Virus record (IMG/VR): IMGVR_UViG_3300042914_002625
Span: 1-24,509 of that record
DNA from: a virus
Lineage: Duplodnaviria; Caudoviricetes
Direction: 5' to 3' (one strand)
Length of the DNA: 24,509 nucleotides
The notes under the pieces were generated by a model. That model was not told where the DNA came from. It did not search any database and was given only the letters and a program-made list of their open reading frames with translations. Below, piece after piece: positions 1 through 8,022 of this stretch; position 1 is the stretch's first letter, and each line of letters opens with the position of its first letter. The position numbers and the translations under genes were made by a program.

Positions 1-1
1 T

Positions 2-241
2 CTCAGGGGCCTTGGCGATCGATAGGATATGGTGCATGTCCTTCGATGGCTTAGCACCCGTCGCACCGTAGAGCATAACGCAACGCTCACACAATGGATG
101 CTCTGCCCTGTATCGCTCCGATGCCACTCGATGAGCCTGATCGTAACCGGCTTGCGTTGTAGTGCCTTGTGGCTTGGTGCGCTTGCCGGTGCAATCGCAC
201 CTGTCTTTCACAATCTTTCCGCATCTGCAAAGCCTAGACAT
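2..241 (-). CDS. HNH endonuclease, phage packaging-associated type (3' end runs off the window)
   Basis: Not in the ORF track; read manually from ATG at 241: MSRLCRCGKIVKDRCDC...GYDQAHRVASERYRAEHPLCERC...DMHHILSI. The N-terminal Cys cluster, GY...PLCxxC and HH motif are typical of terminase-adjacent phage HNH proteins. Confidence 0.8.
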   Translation of the reverse strand, partial: MSRLCRCGKIVKDRCDCTGKRTKPQGTTTQAGYDQAHRVASERYRAEHPLCERCVMLYGATGAKPSKDMHHILSIAKAPE

Positions 242-1952
242 TGCTTGCAGCCTCCTGAACCGTGAGTACACCCATAGCAATGACGCTAGAGCCCCCGCCT
301 GAGATGTCACGCATCGACCATCGATACTGACCAAGGTTACCTGTCACGGCTGTAGTAACCGCAACTGTAAACGTCTGGCTAGATCGACTGATTGACCCAT
401 TAGCAAGAGTGTAAACGTCAACACCGTCAGCATCCTCGACCGTGAATTGAAGCGTCAACGATGTCAACGTAAAGTCAGTCACAACGCTAACCGATCGCGA
501 TTCGTTGCGATAGAAAGTCAACGTAGTTCCTTGGACACGCTCTGGAGTCGATGCCGAGACAGGATAGACATTGATTATCGGAGTGGTAATCGTATCAGTC
601 TTTACCTTGACCTCGTTGAGGATATTCCCTGCCTGCGTCCCGCTGTAACCTGTCGAAAGATCCGTAGACCAAGGATTACCCGCCGCACCTGAATCGATTA
701 GAGCCTTGCCCGTTGTGCCTGCTGTTGTGTGCCCGCTTGTAGGCTCGTCCCATACCCCATCGGCAACCGCTCCAGAAATTTCACTCAAGGTAAACGTCAG
801 GTTCGGGATCATCATGTATGCCGATGTTGTGTCAGGCACAGTTGCCCATTGACCCGTTGCCGATCGCGTACGGATCGTTGCAACTTTGGTTGAGCCGACA
901 TAATCCTCAATAAGCCCAACTTGATCTTGACCCGTTCCGCTGCGGATAAAAACTAGCTGCCCATTGTAGGCATCGTCACTTGCCGACGCACTTGCGTTGA
1001 GCGTGATCGTGGTCGATGTACCGCCTTGTGCTAACCCTTCATTGACTGAGTTCCGGCCTGCATCTGCAAGAATTACAAACTCGCTCGTGTTGTCGGGATT
1101 AATTCGCCAGTCTCGATCAACTGTTGCAACCTTGGTCGAGCCGTTGTATTGCAGAATCAATCGAGCCTGCCCCGCTCCTGTTCCGGTCTCAATAAATATC
1201 AATCCGGGATCGTATTCGCCGTTGGTCGCACTCGCATCCGCATCAAGTTGAATCTGATTGTTTCCCGTCCCTGGCCCCTGTGCTGTGCCTGCCCGAACGA
1301 TAACGCTAGCAAGCTGACGCAATCGCCGACCGGCTGAGGATGCGATGTTGTGAGTTGCGCCTGTCAGCACCTCGTCCCAAACCCGAACGGCAATCGGGGA
1401 ATAAAGGTCGTTGGCAGCAAGAGCCGACGGCCCCAGTTCTCCAATCGCCCCGCCAACAGTGATATCAAGAGACCCGAAGTTGGCCGGAAACGTCACGCCG
1501 CTGATCGAGCCGACCGAGCCTGTCACGTTGCCGGTTAGATTTCCAGTGATTGCAACCGTCCAGCTTGTTACCTGTGCCAAACCATCGGACGCAAGCTTGA
1601 AGCCTGTTTTATCCGAGACTGTTGCCGTGTAACCGGTCTTGTCACCGTTGGTCTGCACATAGACTCGACCGCTAACGCTCGATTCCGAAGTTACCACCGT
1701 GACACTAGCAGGAATACAACCTGTTTTCTTTGCAATCAATACAAACGACGTATAGTTGGTCTCTGCTTGCGTCGGAGTGTAAACCACCACGCCATCGGTA
1801 GAGTACGCAGTCGTCCCGCCACCGTCTGCCTCAGAGCCACCAAACGGCAACACTCGAACGGTCACGCCCGACGACTGAACCGCCCCATCGCTGATCTGAA
1901 CGACAGCACCAATCGAGACTCTTTCCGGACTCGCCGCATTTCTAGGATACAT
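234..1952 (-). CDS. Virion structural / tail fibre-like protein (572 aa) with an internal tandem domain repeat
   Basis: Long G/T/S/A-rich ORF. Two copies of GxAQG...IxLxAxASA...Y...FIxxGTGxxQxxLIxxYxGSTKVAT, bracketed by two VWDE motifs. Adjacent to the LamG gene. Confidence 0.65.
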   Translation of the reverse strand: MYPRNAASPERVSIGAVVQISDGAVQSSGVTVRVLPFGGSEADGGGTTAYSTDGVVVYTPTQAETNYTSFVLIAKKTGCIPASVTVVTSESSVSGRVYVQTNGDKTGYTATVSDKTGFKLASDGLAQVTSWTVAITGNLTGNVTGSVGSISGVTFPANFGSLDITVGGAIGELGPSALAANDLYSPIAVRVWDEVLTGATHNIASSAGRRLRQLASVIVRAGTAQGPGTGNNQIQLDADASATNGEYDPGLIFIETGTGAGQARLILQYNGSTKVATVDRDWRINPDNTSEFVILADAGRNSVNEGLAQGGTSTTITLNASASASDDAYNGQLVFIRSGTGQDQVGLIEDYVGSTKVATIRTRSATGQWATVPDTTSAYMMIPNLTFTLSEISGAVADGVWDEPTSGHTTAGTTGKALIDSGAAGNPWSTDLSTGYSGTQAGNILNEVKVKTDTITTPIINVYPVSASTPERVQGTTLTFYRNESRSVSVVTDFTLTSLTLQFTVEDADGVDVYTLANGSISRSSQTFTVAVTTAVTGNLGQYRWSMRDISGGGSSVIAMGVLTVQEAASNV

Positions 1953-2769
1953 TTCCAGCCCCTATCAAACGTGAATTGTTTCGAGCCCAATAAGCCCTGA
2001 ATCCGCCTGCTTGCTCCGCATATCTTCGCCTGCGTCTTAGTGGCATGTTTCCGCGACCGACATTGTATAACTGACGCACTTCGCCCGCTGTCAATGCTCG
2101 GTTGTAAATGCGAATGTCATCTATCTGGCCAGCAAGGAAAAATTGATTCGTCGTTACAGCTCCTATGGTTGTGTCAATTGCATTCAACATCGAACCAATG
2201 GCACTGTTAAGCACCGTCGTCGTAGACACTTGCCGACCATCGACAAACAGCGAAATACCAGATGCATTTGAGTTGCCCGTGTAAGTAGCCGCAACGTGGT
2301 GCCAATTACCATCAGACACACCGCTTGCAACAGACGTAACGATTATCGCGCTTGATGTGCCCTGTAAAATCAACCCAATGACATTTGCACCTTCGATTGA
2401 GAAATACCAACCGGCAAGCACTCGCTTACCAATTATCCCGCCTGAACTCGCGGTTGTTTTTATCCAAGCAGATATTGAGAAACGACTAGAAAAATCGATT
2501 TGAAAAGGAGATCGCTGCCCGAGGTTAACATAATCATTCGACCCATCGAAATCTAACGCACCCTTACCACCGCTGACGACCCAATCATCATTGGCCATGC
2601 TTGTGAGCGTGCCCCAATTGTTCCTCGATAGATCCCACAATCGAGTGCCACCCATTGCGGGATTGAGCGACGGACACCACCATCCAGCATCAGGAAACAA
2701 CCTCGGAAACATCGCCTCCGATGCGGATCGAGCGAAACCAGAATGTACCGACGTATTGAGCCAGGTCAC
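1942..2769 (-). CDS. LamG / concanavalin A-like lectin-fold protein, probably virion-associated
   Basis: ALDFDGSNDYV, FSISAWIK, WHHVAATY, LFVDG and GQIDDIRIYNRALTAGEV are Laminin_G_3 signature segments. Confidence 0.9.
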   Translation of the reverse strand: MTWLNTSVHSGFARSASEAMFPRLFPDAGWWCPSLNPAMGGTRLWDLSRNNWGTLTSMANDDWVVSGGKGALDFDGSNDYVNLGQRSPFQIDFSSRFSISAWIKTTASSGGIIGKRVLAGWYFSIEGANVIGLILQGTSSAIIVTSVASGVSDGNWHHVAATYTGNSNASGISLFVDGRQVSTTTVLNSAIGSMLNAIDTTIGAVTTNQFFLAGQIDDIRIYNRALTAGEVRQLYNVGRGNMPLRRRRRYAEQAGGFRAYWARNNSRLIGAGNVS

Positions 2770-3299
2770 TACTCAACCACCTTGTCAATTAGCGGAACAA
2801 GGATGACCCGCGAAGCGTTATCGGTTGCGGTTGTTTCGTCCCTGACAGCAACCCCTAAATTGTTATCCGCAATCGGAGCGACGTACCGCCCGATAGGTCT
2901 CCAAACAACCGGAGCCTGAATAAGAACCGTATTTGCATCAGCCGTTGCCACTAGCGATGTTACCGCTGGCCCTGCTTGCCGCAGGTTGGCATCGGAAGTG
3001 CCTAGCGTATACGAACCAGCAATTCCAGTGACCTTGGCAGGCCACTCAGAACCGTCGCGGGAGTTAATTAGGTACAGATCGACGGTATTGCCCGCCGTGG
3101 GAGCCGTACCTGTTTCGATGGTGATGTATACCGCATAGTCTCGATCCCAATCAGCACCTAAGTCAGCCGATGCTCCTTGAATTGCCGACCCATTGCCAAG
3201 CGCATCAAACGAAAGCGTGTGAGTCACACCGCTGGCCCCTGCTTCACCCCAAACAATCGCCGTACCTTGTGAAACCTTAAAGCTATCAGGCAATGCCAT
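2769..3299 (-). CDS. Hypothetical beta-rich protein, probably structural (176 aa)
   Basis: Tightly overlapped with both neighbours, with composition like phage structural proteins. Confidence 0.7.
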   Translation of the reverse strand: MALPDSFKVSQGTAIVWGEAGASGVTHTLSFDALGNGSAIQGASADLGADWDRDYAVYITIETGTAPTAGNTVDLYLINSRDGSEWPAKVTGIAGSYTLGTSDANLRQAGPAVTSLVATADANTVLIQAPVVWRPIGRYVAPIADNNLGVAVRDETTATDNASRVILVPLIDKVVE

Positions 3300-3744
3300 T
3301 TTGCATCATGCTCCTTGCTGATTGTATGTGTCCAGGCTCAACATGCGACCAGCCGACCGATTCCGTCCACTTAACCGTTTTCCAACGAAGCGACTTGAGT
3401 CTTTCGATCTGGACTTGCGTTGCAATGCCAAACGAAAATAGCCCCTGCATCATGTCGATCGCTGCTTGCTTGTCGAGGTCAGCATTTTGCACCCGTCCGC
3501 CAACATCGTCGATCCAACCTTCGATCGATATGCAAAGCTTCTTGATCCGTTCGTCGGATGATTGCTTACCGATGATTATCGGAGCGTAAACAGCCTCCTC
3601 AATGGCCCACTGCTTGACCTCGACCACAGGCACCAATCGCTTGACCGTGACAGTCAAGGCGTTTATCAAGTCCGCTGCTTGCTGGTCGCTTGTGCCGATG
3701 TATCGAGGCTTCCGCAATTCTTCAATCAGTGGTTCGTAGTTCAC
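3286..3744 (-). CDS. Hypothetical protein (152 aa)
   Basis: GTG start at 3744 overlaps the TGA of the upstream gene (GTGA coupling), so it is preferred over the track start at 3798. Confidence 0.7.
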   Translation of the reverse strand: MNYEPLIEELRKPRYIGTSDQQAADLINALTVTVKRLVPVVEVKQWAIEEAVYAPIIIGKQSSDERIKKLCISIEGWIDDVGGRVQNADLDKQAAIDMMQGLFSFGIATQVQIERLKSLRWKTVKWTESVGWSHVEPGHIQSARSMMQNGIA

Positions 3745-4277
3745 GCTCGCGCCTCGATTCTGGTTGTGACAAAAACAACATACTCGACATACCTCCAAAA
3801 ACCGATCGCATCAAGGATCGGATTAAGCATCGGACTCATGACGCAATATCGGATATGGTATGGGCTTCGATGATGCTCCGCATGATGCTTGCAGGATTGA
3901 AGCAAACCGATCCGTTGAGCCATCGAAACCAACCATCCGTTTTTACCTTTGCTGTGCCCCCAAGCATGGATCTGGTTGGCTTGGCTCAGAAATGCGAAAG
4001 TCAGCCATGCGTCTTGCGTCGCATCGAAGCAAAGGCACGCGCCGCAAGCCACCATCGACGGGATGATGGTTGTGTAATTGCGATGCCAGTATGAGCCCTT
4101 TAGGAATGCATACTGATCCGAATGATGCAACTGGTTTGGCCCTCCGATGAGCCTGCCAAAAATCGGCGTATCTTGGTCAAGGTAGGAGTCCTCCCACCAA
4201 TGAAACAAACCGGCGATAAAGTCAGCTGCGAGGAATGACAGGATTACGAACAGGATCCATTCGATCACTTGTTGCAA
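3741..4277 (-). CDS. CarF/TMEM189(Kua)/FAD4-family membrane lipid desaturase
   Basis: ADFIAGLFHWWEDSY, NQLHH, NQIHAWGH and HHAEHHRSPYHIRYC, with hydrophobic segments between them, reproduce the His-box layout of the TMEM189_B domain. Confidence 0.85.
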   Translation of the reverse strand: MQQVIEWILFVILSFLAADFIAGLFHWWEDSYLDQDTPIFGRLIGGPNQLHHSDQYAFLKGSYWHRNYTTIIPSMVACGACLCFDATQDAWLTFAFLSQANQIHAWGHSKGKNGWLVSMAQRIGLLQSCKHHAEHHRSPYHIRYCVMSPMLNPILDAIGFWRYVEYVVFVTTRIEARA

Positions 4278-4477
4278 CCTCCGAGCAATTTACCGATCTC
4301 AGTTTGCAAGGTCTCAATCTTAGCCCAAAGTTTTTCGCGATCTGATCGACACTCTTGCAGATCGCTTCGGGTAGTTTTCTTTTCTTCGACGAACAAGCGA
4401 AACAAGATTCCGACCGCTGTGCTTAACGCTGCGACCATGCCCGAGCCGATGATGTAAACCAAGCTTTCCTGAGTCAC
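4265..4477 (-). CDS. Single-TM plus coiled-coil small protein (holin-like or membrane accessory)
   Basis: Hydrophobic N-terminal helix followed by a heptad-like charged tail. ATGA overlap with the upstream gene. Confidence 0.65.
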   Translation of the reverse strand: MTQESLVYIIGSGMVAALSTAVGILFRLFVEEKKTTRSDLQECRSDREKLWAKIETLQTEIGKLLGGCNK

Positions 4478-4920
4478 TTTACCAACCCTTTCGCCTGTTC
4501 AAAAGTGAGATAGCCGACATGCACCGTTCTCTTTGATCCGTGGATGATCTCAAATCGCGGGTAAGGAATGAAAGGGTGATCGTCGATCAAACCGACCTTC
4601 CAATCAGCGTCCATAAACTTTTGCATTTCGCACCGCTTCCATCGTTCGCAAGGTTCACAGTTCTGCCCCTTGGGAGCGACGAATACCAAGATCTCGATCT
4701 TCAATGGCTTGTCCGATGGGCTCGGTATCGGCTTGGGATCTTCGATCGGAACCGGTTGAACTGTTAGAGAATCTCGAACAGTTGCGACCTGTCCAGCAAG
4801 GTCGCTCGATGGAATATCGCATTGAGTTGGATCGGGCTTTGGGCTCGATCCAAAAAACCAACTAAACAAACAAAAACCAATCAAGGCAAACATCCCTTTT
4901 TCTCCGTTGCTGAGTTTCAT
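4474..4920 (-). CDS. Membrane-anchored thioredoxin/glutaredoxin-like CxxC protein
   Basis: N-terminal hydrophobic anchor, Pro-rich linker, then ILVFVAP...CEPC and a later YPRF segment resembling the cis-Pro loop. Confidence 0.6.
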   Translation of the reverse strand: MKLSNGEKGMFALIGFCLFSWFFGSSPKPDPTQCDIPSSDLAGQVATVRDSLTVQPVPIEDPKPIPSPSDKPLKIEILVFVAPKGQNCEPCERWKRCEMQKFMDADWKVGLIDDHPFIPYPRFEIIHGSKRTVHVGYLTFEQAKGLVK

Positions 4921-5750
4921 CCTTCAAGAAACCTTCCTTTGAGCCAAGACACCCGCTTTGGTACAGGTGTTGGCGTTGAAAGATCCGACACGCCCACGAT
5001 TGATGTGTATTCGTGTCGGCATAACTGATCGATAACCGATGGAGCAATCTCAGTCCAAGAATCGTTGTGGCTGTTAAGTCGCCAAATGTAGTTGCGGTTC
5101 TTGCTGTCTTTGCGTTTCGAGTAGCCAAGCCACGCTGTAGCATGTCCACCACCGCGACCAAGACTTACCGTCTCAAGCACCCCGTTGCGAGCGTAAAACG
5201 AATCGTTCCAAAGCGTTCCGGTATGGACAGCACCTACGCCGCTTGCCAAATATCGGAAGATGGCATCATACGAATCTAACCAAGTATGCGAGCGGATTTT
5301 GAATTCGCCCGCTTTGGCCCTCATCGCATCGGTAACGATCGTTCGCGCGTTGTTCGGGTATGGCGTCCGGTAGGGCAAATCCGCTTCGGGTAGCATTCCG
5401 ATCGTAGTTGCGACCTTTAGCCCGCTGTTGATCGTCGATCCTTTATCGACGCCGAAAAGCCTGCCGCCGTCGAGTCGCTGAGATTCCAGGTAAGCGTAGA
5501 GCGACGACAATTGACGCTCGGCAGAGAAGCCGCCTTGAGCCAATGCCCAAACATATTCGCAAGCATTCGCAAGGCTGAAACCCTGGCAACTCGACATGTT
5601 GAGTTGCTTGTCATGCCGCATCAATGGCCGTGGATCGATCTCCTCGGGAACCTCGAAGTCTCGCATGGTAAAAGCAATTTCGGTCGAGCTAGCTTTGATC
5701 GCGTCTCGATTCTCGATGGTTGGATCGTAGCCTGTGAGCTCAGTCGTCAT
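4917..5750 (-). CDS. Papain-like (C1 family) cysteine peptidase
   Basis: Oxyanion Q and catalytic C in KQLNMSSCQGFS, His in GGHATAWLGY, Asn in RLNSH. Confidence 0.85.
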   Translation of the reverse strand: MTTELTGYDPTIENRDAIKASSTEIAFTMRDFEVPEEIDPRPLMRHDKQLNMSSCQGFSLANACEYVWALAQGGFSAERQLSSLYAYLESQRLDGGRLFGVDKGSTINSGLKVATTIGMLPEADLPYRTPYPNNARTIVTDAMRAKAGEFKIRSHTWLDSYDAIFRYLASGVGAVHTGTLWNDSFYARNGVLETVSLGRGGGHATAWLGYSKRKDSKNRNYIWRLNSHNDSWTEIAPSVIDQLCRHEYTSIVGVSDLSTPTPVPKRVSWLKGRFLEG

Positions 5751-5895
5751 TAGCTATGGCCTCCAGGCTGTCGACAAATGGCTCAAATCGATCTAGCACC
5801 CACTCCAAAACAGCGTGAAGCATCGCCAAGGGCGCTAAGGAAAGATACAAGCAAATAAACAGGAATCCAGCCGCTAGCCGCCTTGCCCGCTTCAT
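5740..5895 (-). CDS. Small membrane protein (51 aa)
   Basis: Manual ORF MKRARRLAAGFLFICLYLSLAPLAMLHAVLEW...; GGAGG SD and ATGA overlap; fills the gap between neighbours. Confidence 0.6.
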   Translation of the reverse strand: MKRARRLAAGFLFICLYLSLAPLAMLHAVLEWVLDRFEPFVDSLEAIANDD

Positions 5896-6092
5896 TCCAG
5901 ATCCTCCACGCTTTCGCTATCTGAAGAACAAAGCATCATGCCGAGCATCGCCAAAGTCGCTAGTGCGTTTTTTGGATCGCTTTTCCAGCATTCCGTACCG
6001 TCTACAACCTTGCGTTTTGTTCTTGGTAGTGGAGCCGGTGGAGACGTTGGAACATCGCGATAATCTTCTGGCGGTGGCCCGTTGCTACTCAT
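5892..6092 (-). CDS. Hypothetical protein (66 aa)
   Basis: Fills the gap between coupled neighbours; Pro-rich N-terminus. Confidence 0.5.
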   Translation of the reverse strand: MSSNGPPPEDYRDVPTSPPAPLPRTKRKVVDGTECWKSDPKNALATLAMLGMMLCSSDSESVEDLE

Positions 6093-6093
6093 G

Positions 6094-6471
6094 TTACCAA
6101 GCCCCCGCTATTTCTCGATTGATCTTGGCAATCTCCGATTCCTTGCCAACGAAGCTTGCAGGCAAATCTAGCTTGTCGATCGCCTCATAGACTCGATCGA
6201 GTGCTTCCCGTTGCTTCGCCCCCGCGTTATCGGCGATGAACTTCGTCCAAGCCTCTTGATCTTTAATCTCGCCGGATTCGATCTTTGAAGCTGCCTCAAG
6301 GAATGCCTGCTTGTAGGCTGATCGGATGGATGGTAGCGTCTGAGAGACGACCGCCTTGAGTTTCTTTGGTTGTGGCTTGTCCGATGGTTGCTGGTTCCGC
6401 AACAACGCAAAGACCGCCACCGCAGCGACGATCCACGGCAACCAATTCTCTTTTTTCTTTTCGTCAGCCAT
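6094..6471 (-). CDS. N-terminally anchored membrane protein (125 aa)
   Basis: WLPWIVAAVAVFALL transmembrane segment followed by a helical domain; ATG at 6471. Confidence 0.7.
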   Translation of the reverse strand: MADEKKKENWLPWIVAAVAVFALLRNQQPSDKPQPKKLKAVVSQTLPSIRSAYKQAFLEAASKIESGEIKDQEAWTKFIADNAGAKQREALDRVYEAIDKLDLPASFVGKESEIAKINREIAGAW

Positions 6472-6558
6472 CAATCCATCCTTGTGTATCGCCCGTCTCG
6501 CTCCGACTAACCCGCTTGTAAGGATTGAAGGTTAGTAGGTAGTCGTTGCGATCTGGGC

Positions 6559-6873
6559 TTAGTCGTTATCGTCGTCGTCTCCAAATTCTCCAGCATCGTA
6601 AGCGACTTGCAGAAGATAGCCCATTGGCACGTCCGCAGGATTGTAGGACGAAAGATAGCCGTTGTCCTTGGCCCATTTCCAAACCTTAAAAGCCAGCTGG
6701 ATCAACGCGAAAATCATCGCCATCGTCGCTGGATCAAATCCGTAGAGACTTTTAAGTTTGTGCCGAAGAATCCTTCGAGCTATCCGAGTGTTGCCGTCTG
6801 CCTCGGCGTAGGCTTGAGCAAAGTCGCCTTCGTGCTTCTTGCCGAGATCCTTCAATCGATCCAGTAAAATCAC
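6559..6873 (-). CDS. Hypothetical protein with one hydrophobic helix (104 aa)
   Basis: GTGA overlap with the upstream gene, GAGGTG SD, acidic C-terminus. Confidence 0.65.
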   Translation of the reverse strand: MILLDRLKDLGKKHEGDFAQAYAEADGNTRIARRILRHKLKSLYGFDPATMAMIFALIQLAFKVWKWAKDNGYLSSYNPADVPMGYLLQVAYDAGEFGDDDDND

Positions 6874-7052
6874 TTGGTCACCTCTGGCTTTGGATCAACT
6901 GGACGAACCGATTCTCCGACAACCCAAGCTCCAATCGTGTAAACGAGCAATTGGATTTGATCCTCAGATAAAGGCACTTTATCTTTCAGGACGACAACGG
7001 CAATGGCCGCAGCCGAAACCCAGAACCGTTTGGACTTAAAAAGACTTTCCAT
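6870..7052 (-). CDS. Putative small two-TM holin
   Basis: 60 aa with SKRFW followed by two hydrophobic helices and a charged tail. Strong AAAGGAG SD; first gene after a promoter. Confidence 0.55.
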   Translation of the reverse strand: MESLFKSKRFWVSAAAIAVVVLKDKVPLSEDQIQLLVYTIGAWVVGESVRPVDPKPEVTK

Positions 7053-7073
7053 AATTTTCGACTCCTTTCACGC

Positions 7074-7102
7074 ATTTTAGGCTTGACCGATGAAAATTGC
7101 AA
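7074..7102 (-). promoter_or_regulatory. Sigma70-type promoter for the lysis/structural block
   Basis: TTGCAA (7102-7097), 17 nt spacer, TAAAAT (7079-7074), directly upstream of the SD of the holin-like gene. Confidence 0.6.
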
Positions 7103-7111
7103 GCAACGGCC

Positions 7112-7309
7112 CTAAATTCGTTTCTCCCGCTTCCGATCCGCCTTTGCTGTCTTTGGTCGCTTCTTGGTCTTGCGCGTCAGAAATAGCCCTAAATGCTCGT
7201 TCATCGCCTCAAAAACCAATTGGCTCAAGGTCATGCCCATTTTGGCCGCTGCTCGATCCCACGCCGCCCAAGCTTCCGCTGGTTGGCTGATGTTTTTTCG
7301 TTGCGTCAT
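7112..7309 (-). CDS. Ribbon-helix-helix (CopG/Arc-like) DNA-binding protein
   Basis: Short strand RKNISQP, helix, G-turn (KMGMTLSQLVFEAM), basic tail. Confidence 0.65.
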   Translation of the reverse strand: MTQRKNISQPAEAWAAWDRAAAKMGMTLSQLVFEAMNEHLGLFLTRKTKKRPKTAKADRKREKRI

Positions 7310-7317
7310 ATTGGTTC

Positions 7318-8022
7318 CTATACCGCAAAAAGTTGAGGTTGATCGGGATCTTCTTTTCTGGATGTGTATCTCCAGATTTCAGACTGCGTTGGCGTCGGTC
7401 GCTTTCTTGCCCATCGCTCTAGGCCAGCCGTTTGGTTTCGAGTCCCTCGATTCCATCCTGTCCCATCGCAAGATTCGATACCAAGGTTTTCGAGATACTC
7501 TAGCTTCGTTGGGCTGTTGCATCGAAGTAGATGCACTCGCTTAAAAGAACTGGCCCATGCTTCAACGGTTGACCACTTAAATTCATCACTCCCACCGATA
7601 GCTATCACCGCTGGAGCCGGTCGCAATTGCTTGACCATCTCAATCGTCATGCCATCCTGCACCGCAATAGCGGGAAGGATCTCGGCATCAATCACCCGCT
7701 GAACATACTTTCTAAATCGCTCAAGCGTTGCTTCGCCATTGCCTGGAATGTCGGGCACTATAGCCCACCTTGGTCTTTGCACCGATGGAGCCGCCCAACG
7801 GATCATAGATTCCCATTGCGGTTCAATCGATTTCCATTTTGACTCATCAAACTGATTCGTTTTTCTATCCCAACAAGAAAACGCACCGTTATCAAAAGCA
7901 AACGGAAACCAAGGCCAGGGCCCACGTTGAGCACCTGGAGAATAAAGATGGCCAATCTTGCCTGTCTCCCTTGCGAGACAATGCCAAAACCAGCCCGTTG
8001 AATTCGCTGGCATTACTATCAA
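7318..8022 (-). CDS. tRNA-guanine transglycosylase-fold (DpdA-like) protein
   Basis: DNGAFS (compare TGT DSGG/AF), IVPD, AVQDG, AIGG, VHLL and SCDGTGW occur in the order expected for TGT/DpdA TIM barrels. Confidence 0.65.
   Translation of the reverse strand: MIVMPANSTGWFWHCLARETGKIGHLYSPGAQRGPWPWFPFAFDNGAFSCWDRKTNQFDESKWKSIEPQWESMIRWAAPSVQRPRWAIVPDIPGNGEATLERFRKYVQRVIDAEILPAIAVQDGMTIEMVKQLRPAPAVIAIGGSDEFKWSTVEAWASSFKRVHLLRCNSPTKLEYLENLGIESCDGTGWNRGTRNQTAGLERWARKRPTPTQSEIWRYTSRKEDPDQPQLFAV

Noticed and set aside
6506-6536. Twister ribozyme (TTACAAGC resembles part of its core)
   Set aside because: The flanking conserved residues and the two pseudoknot pairings are absent.
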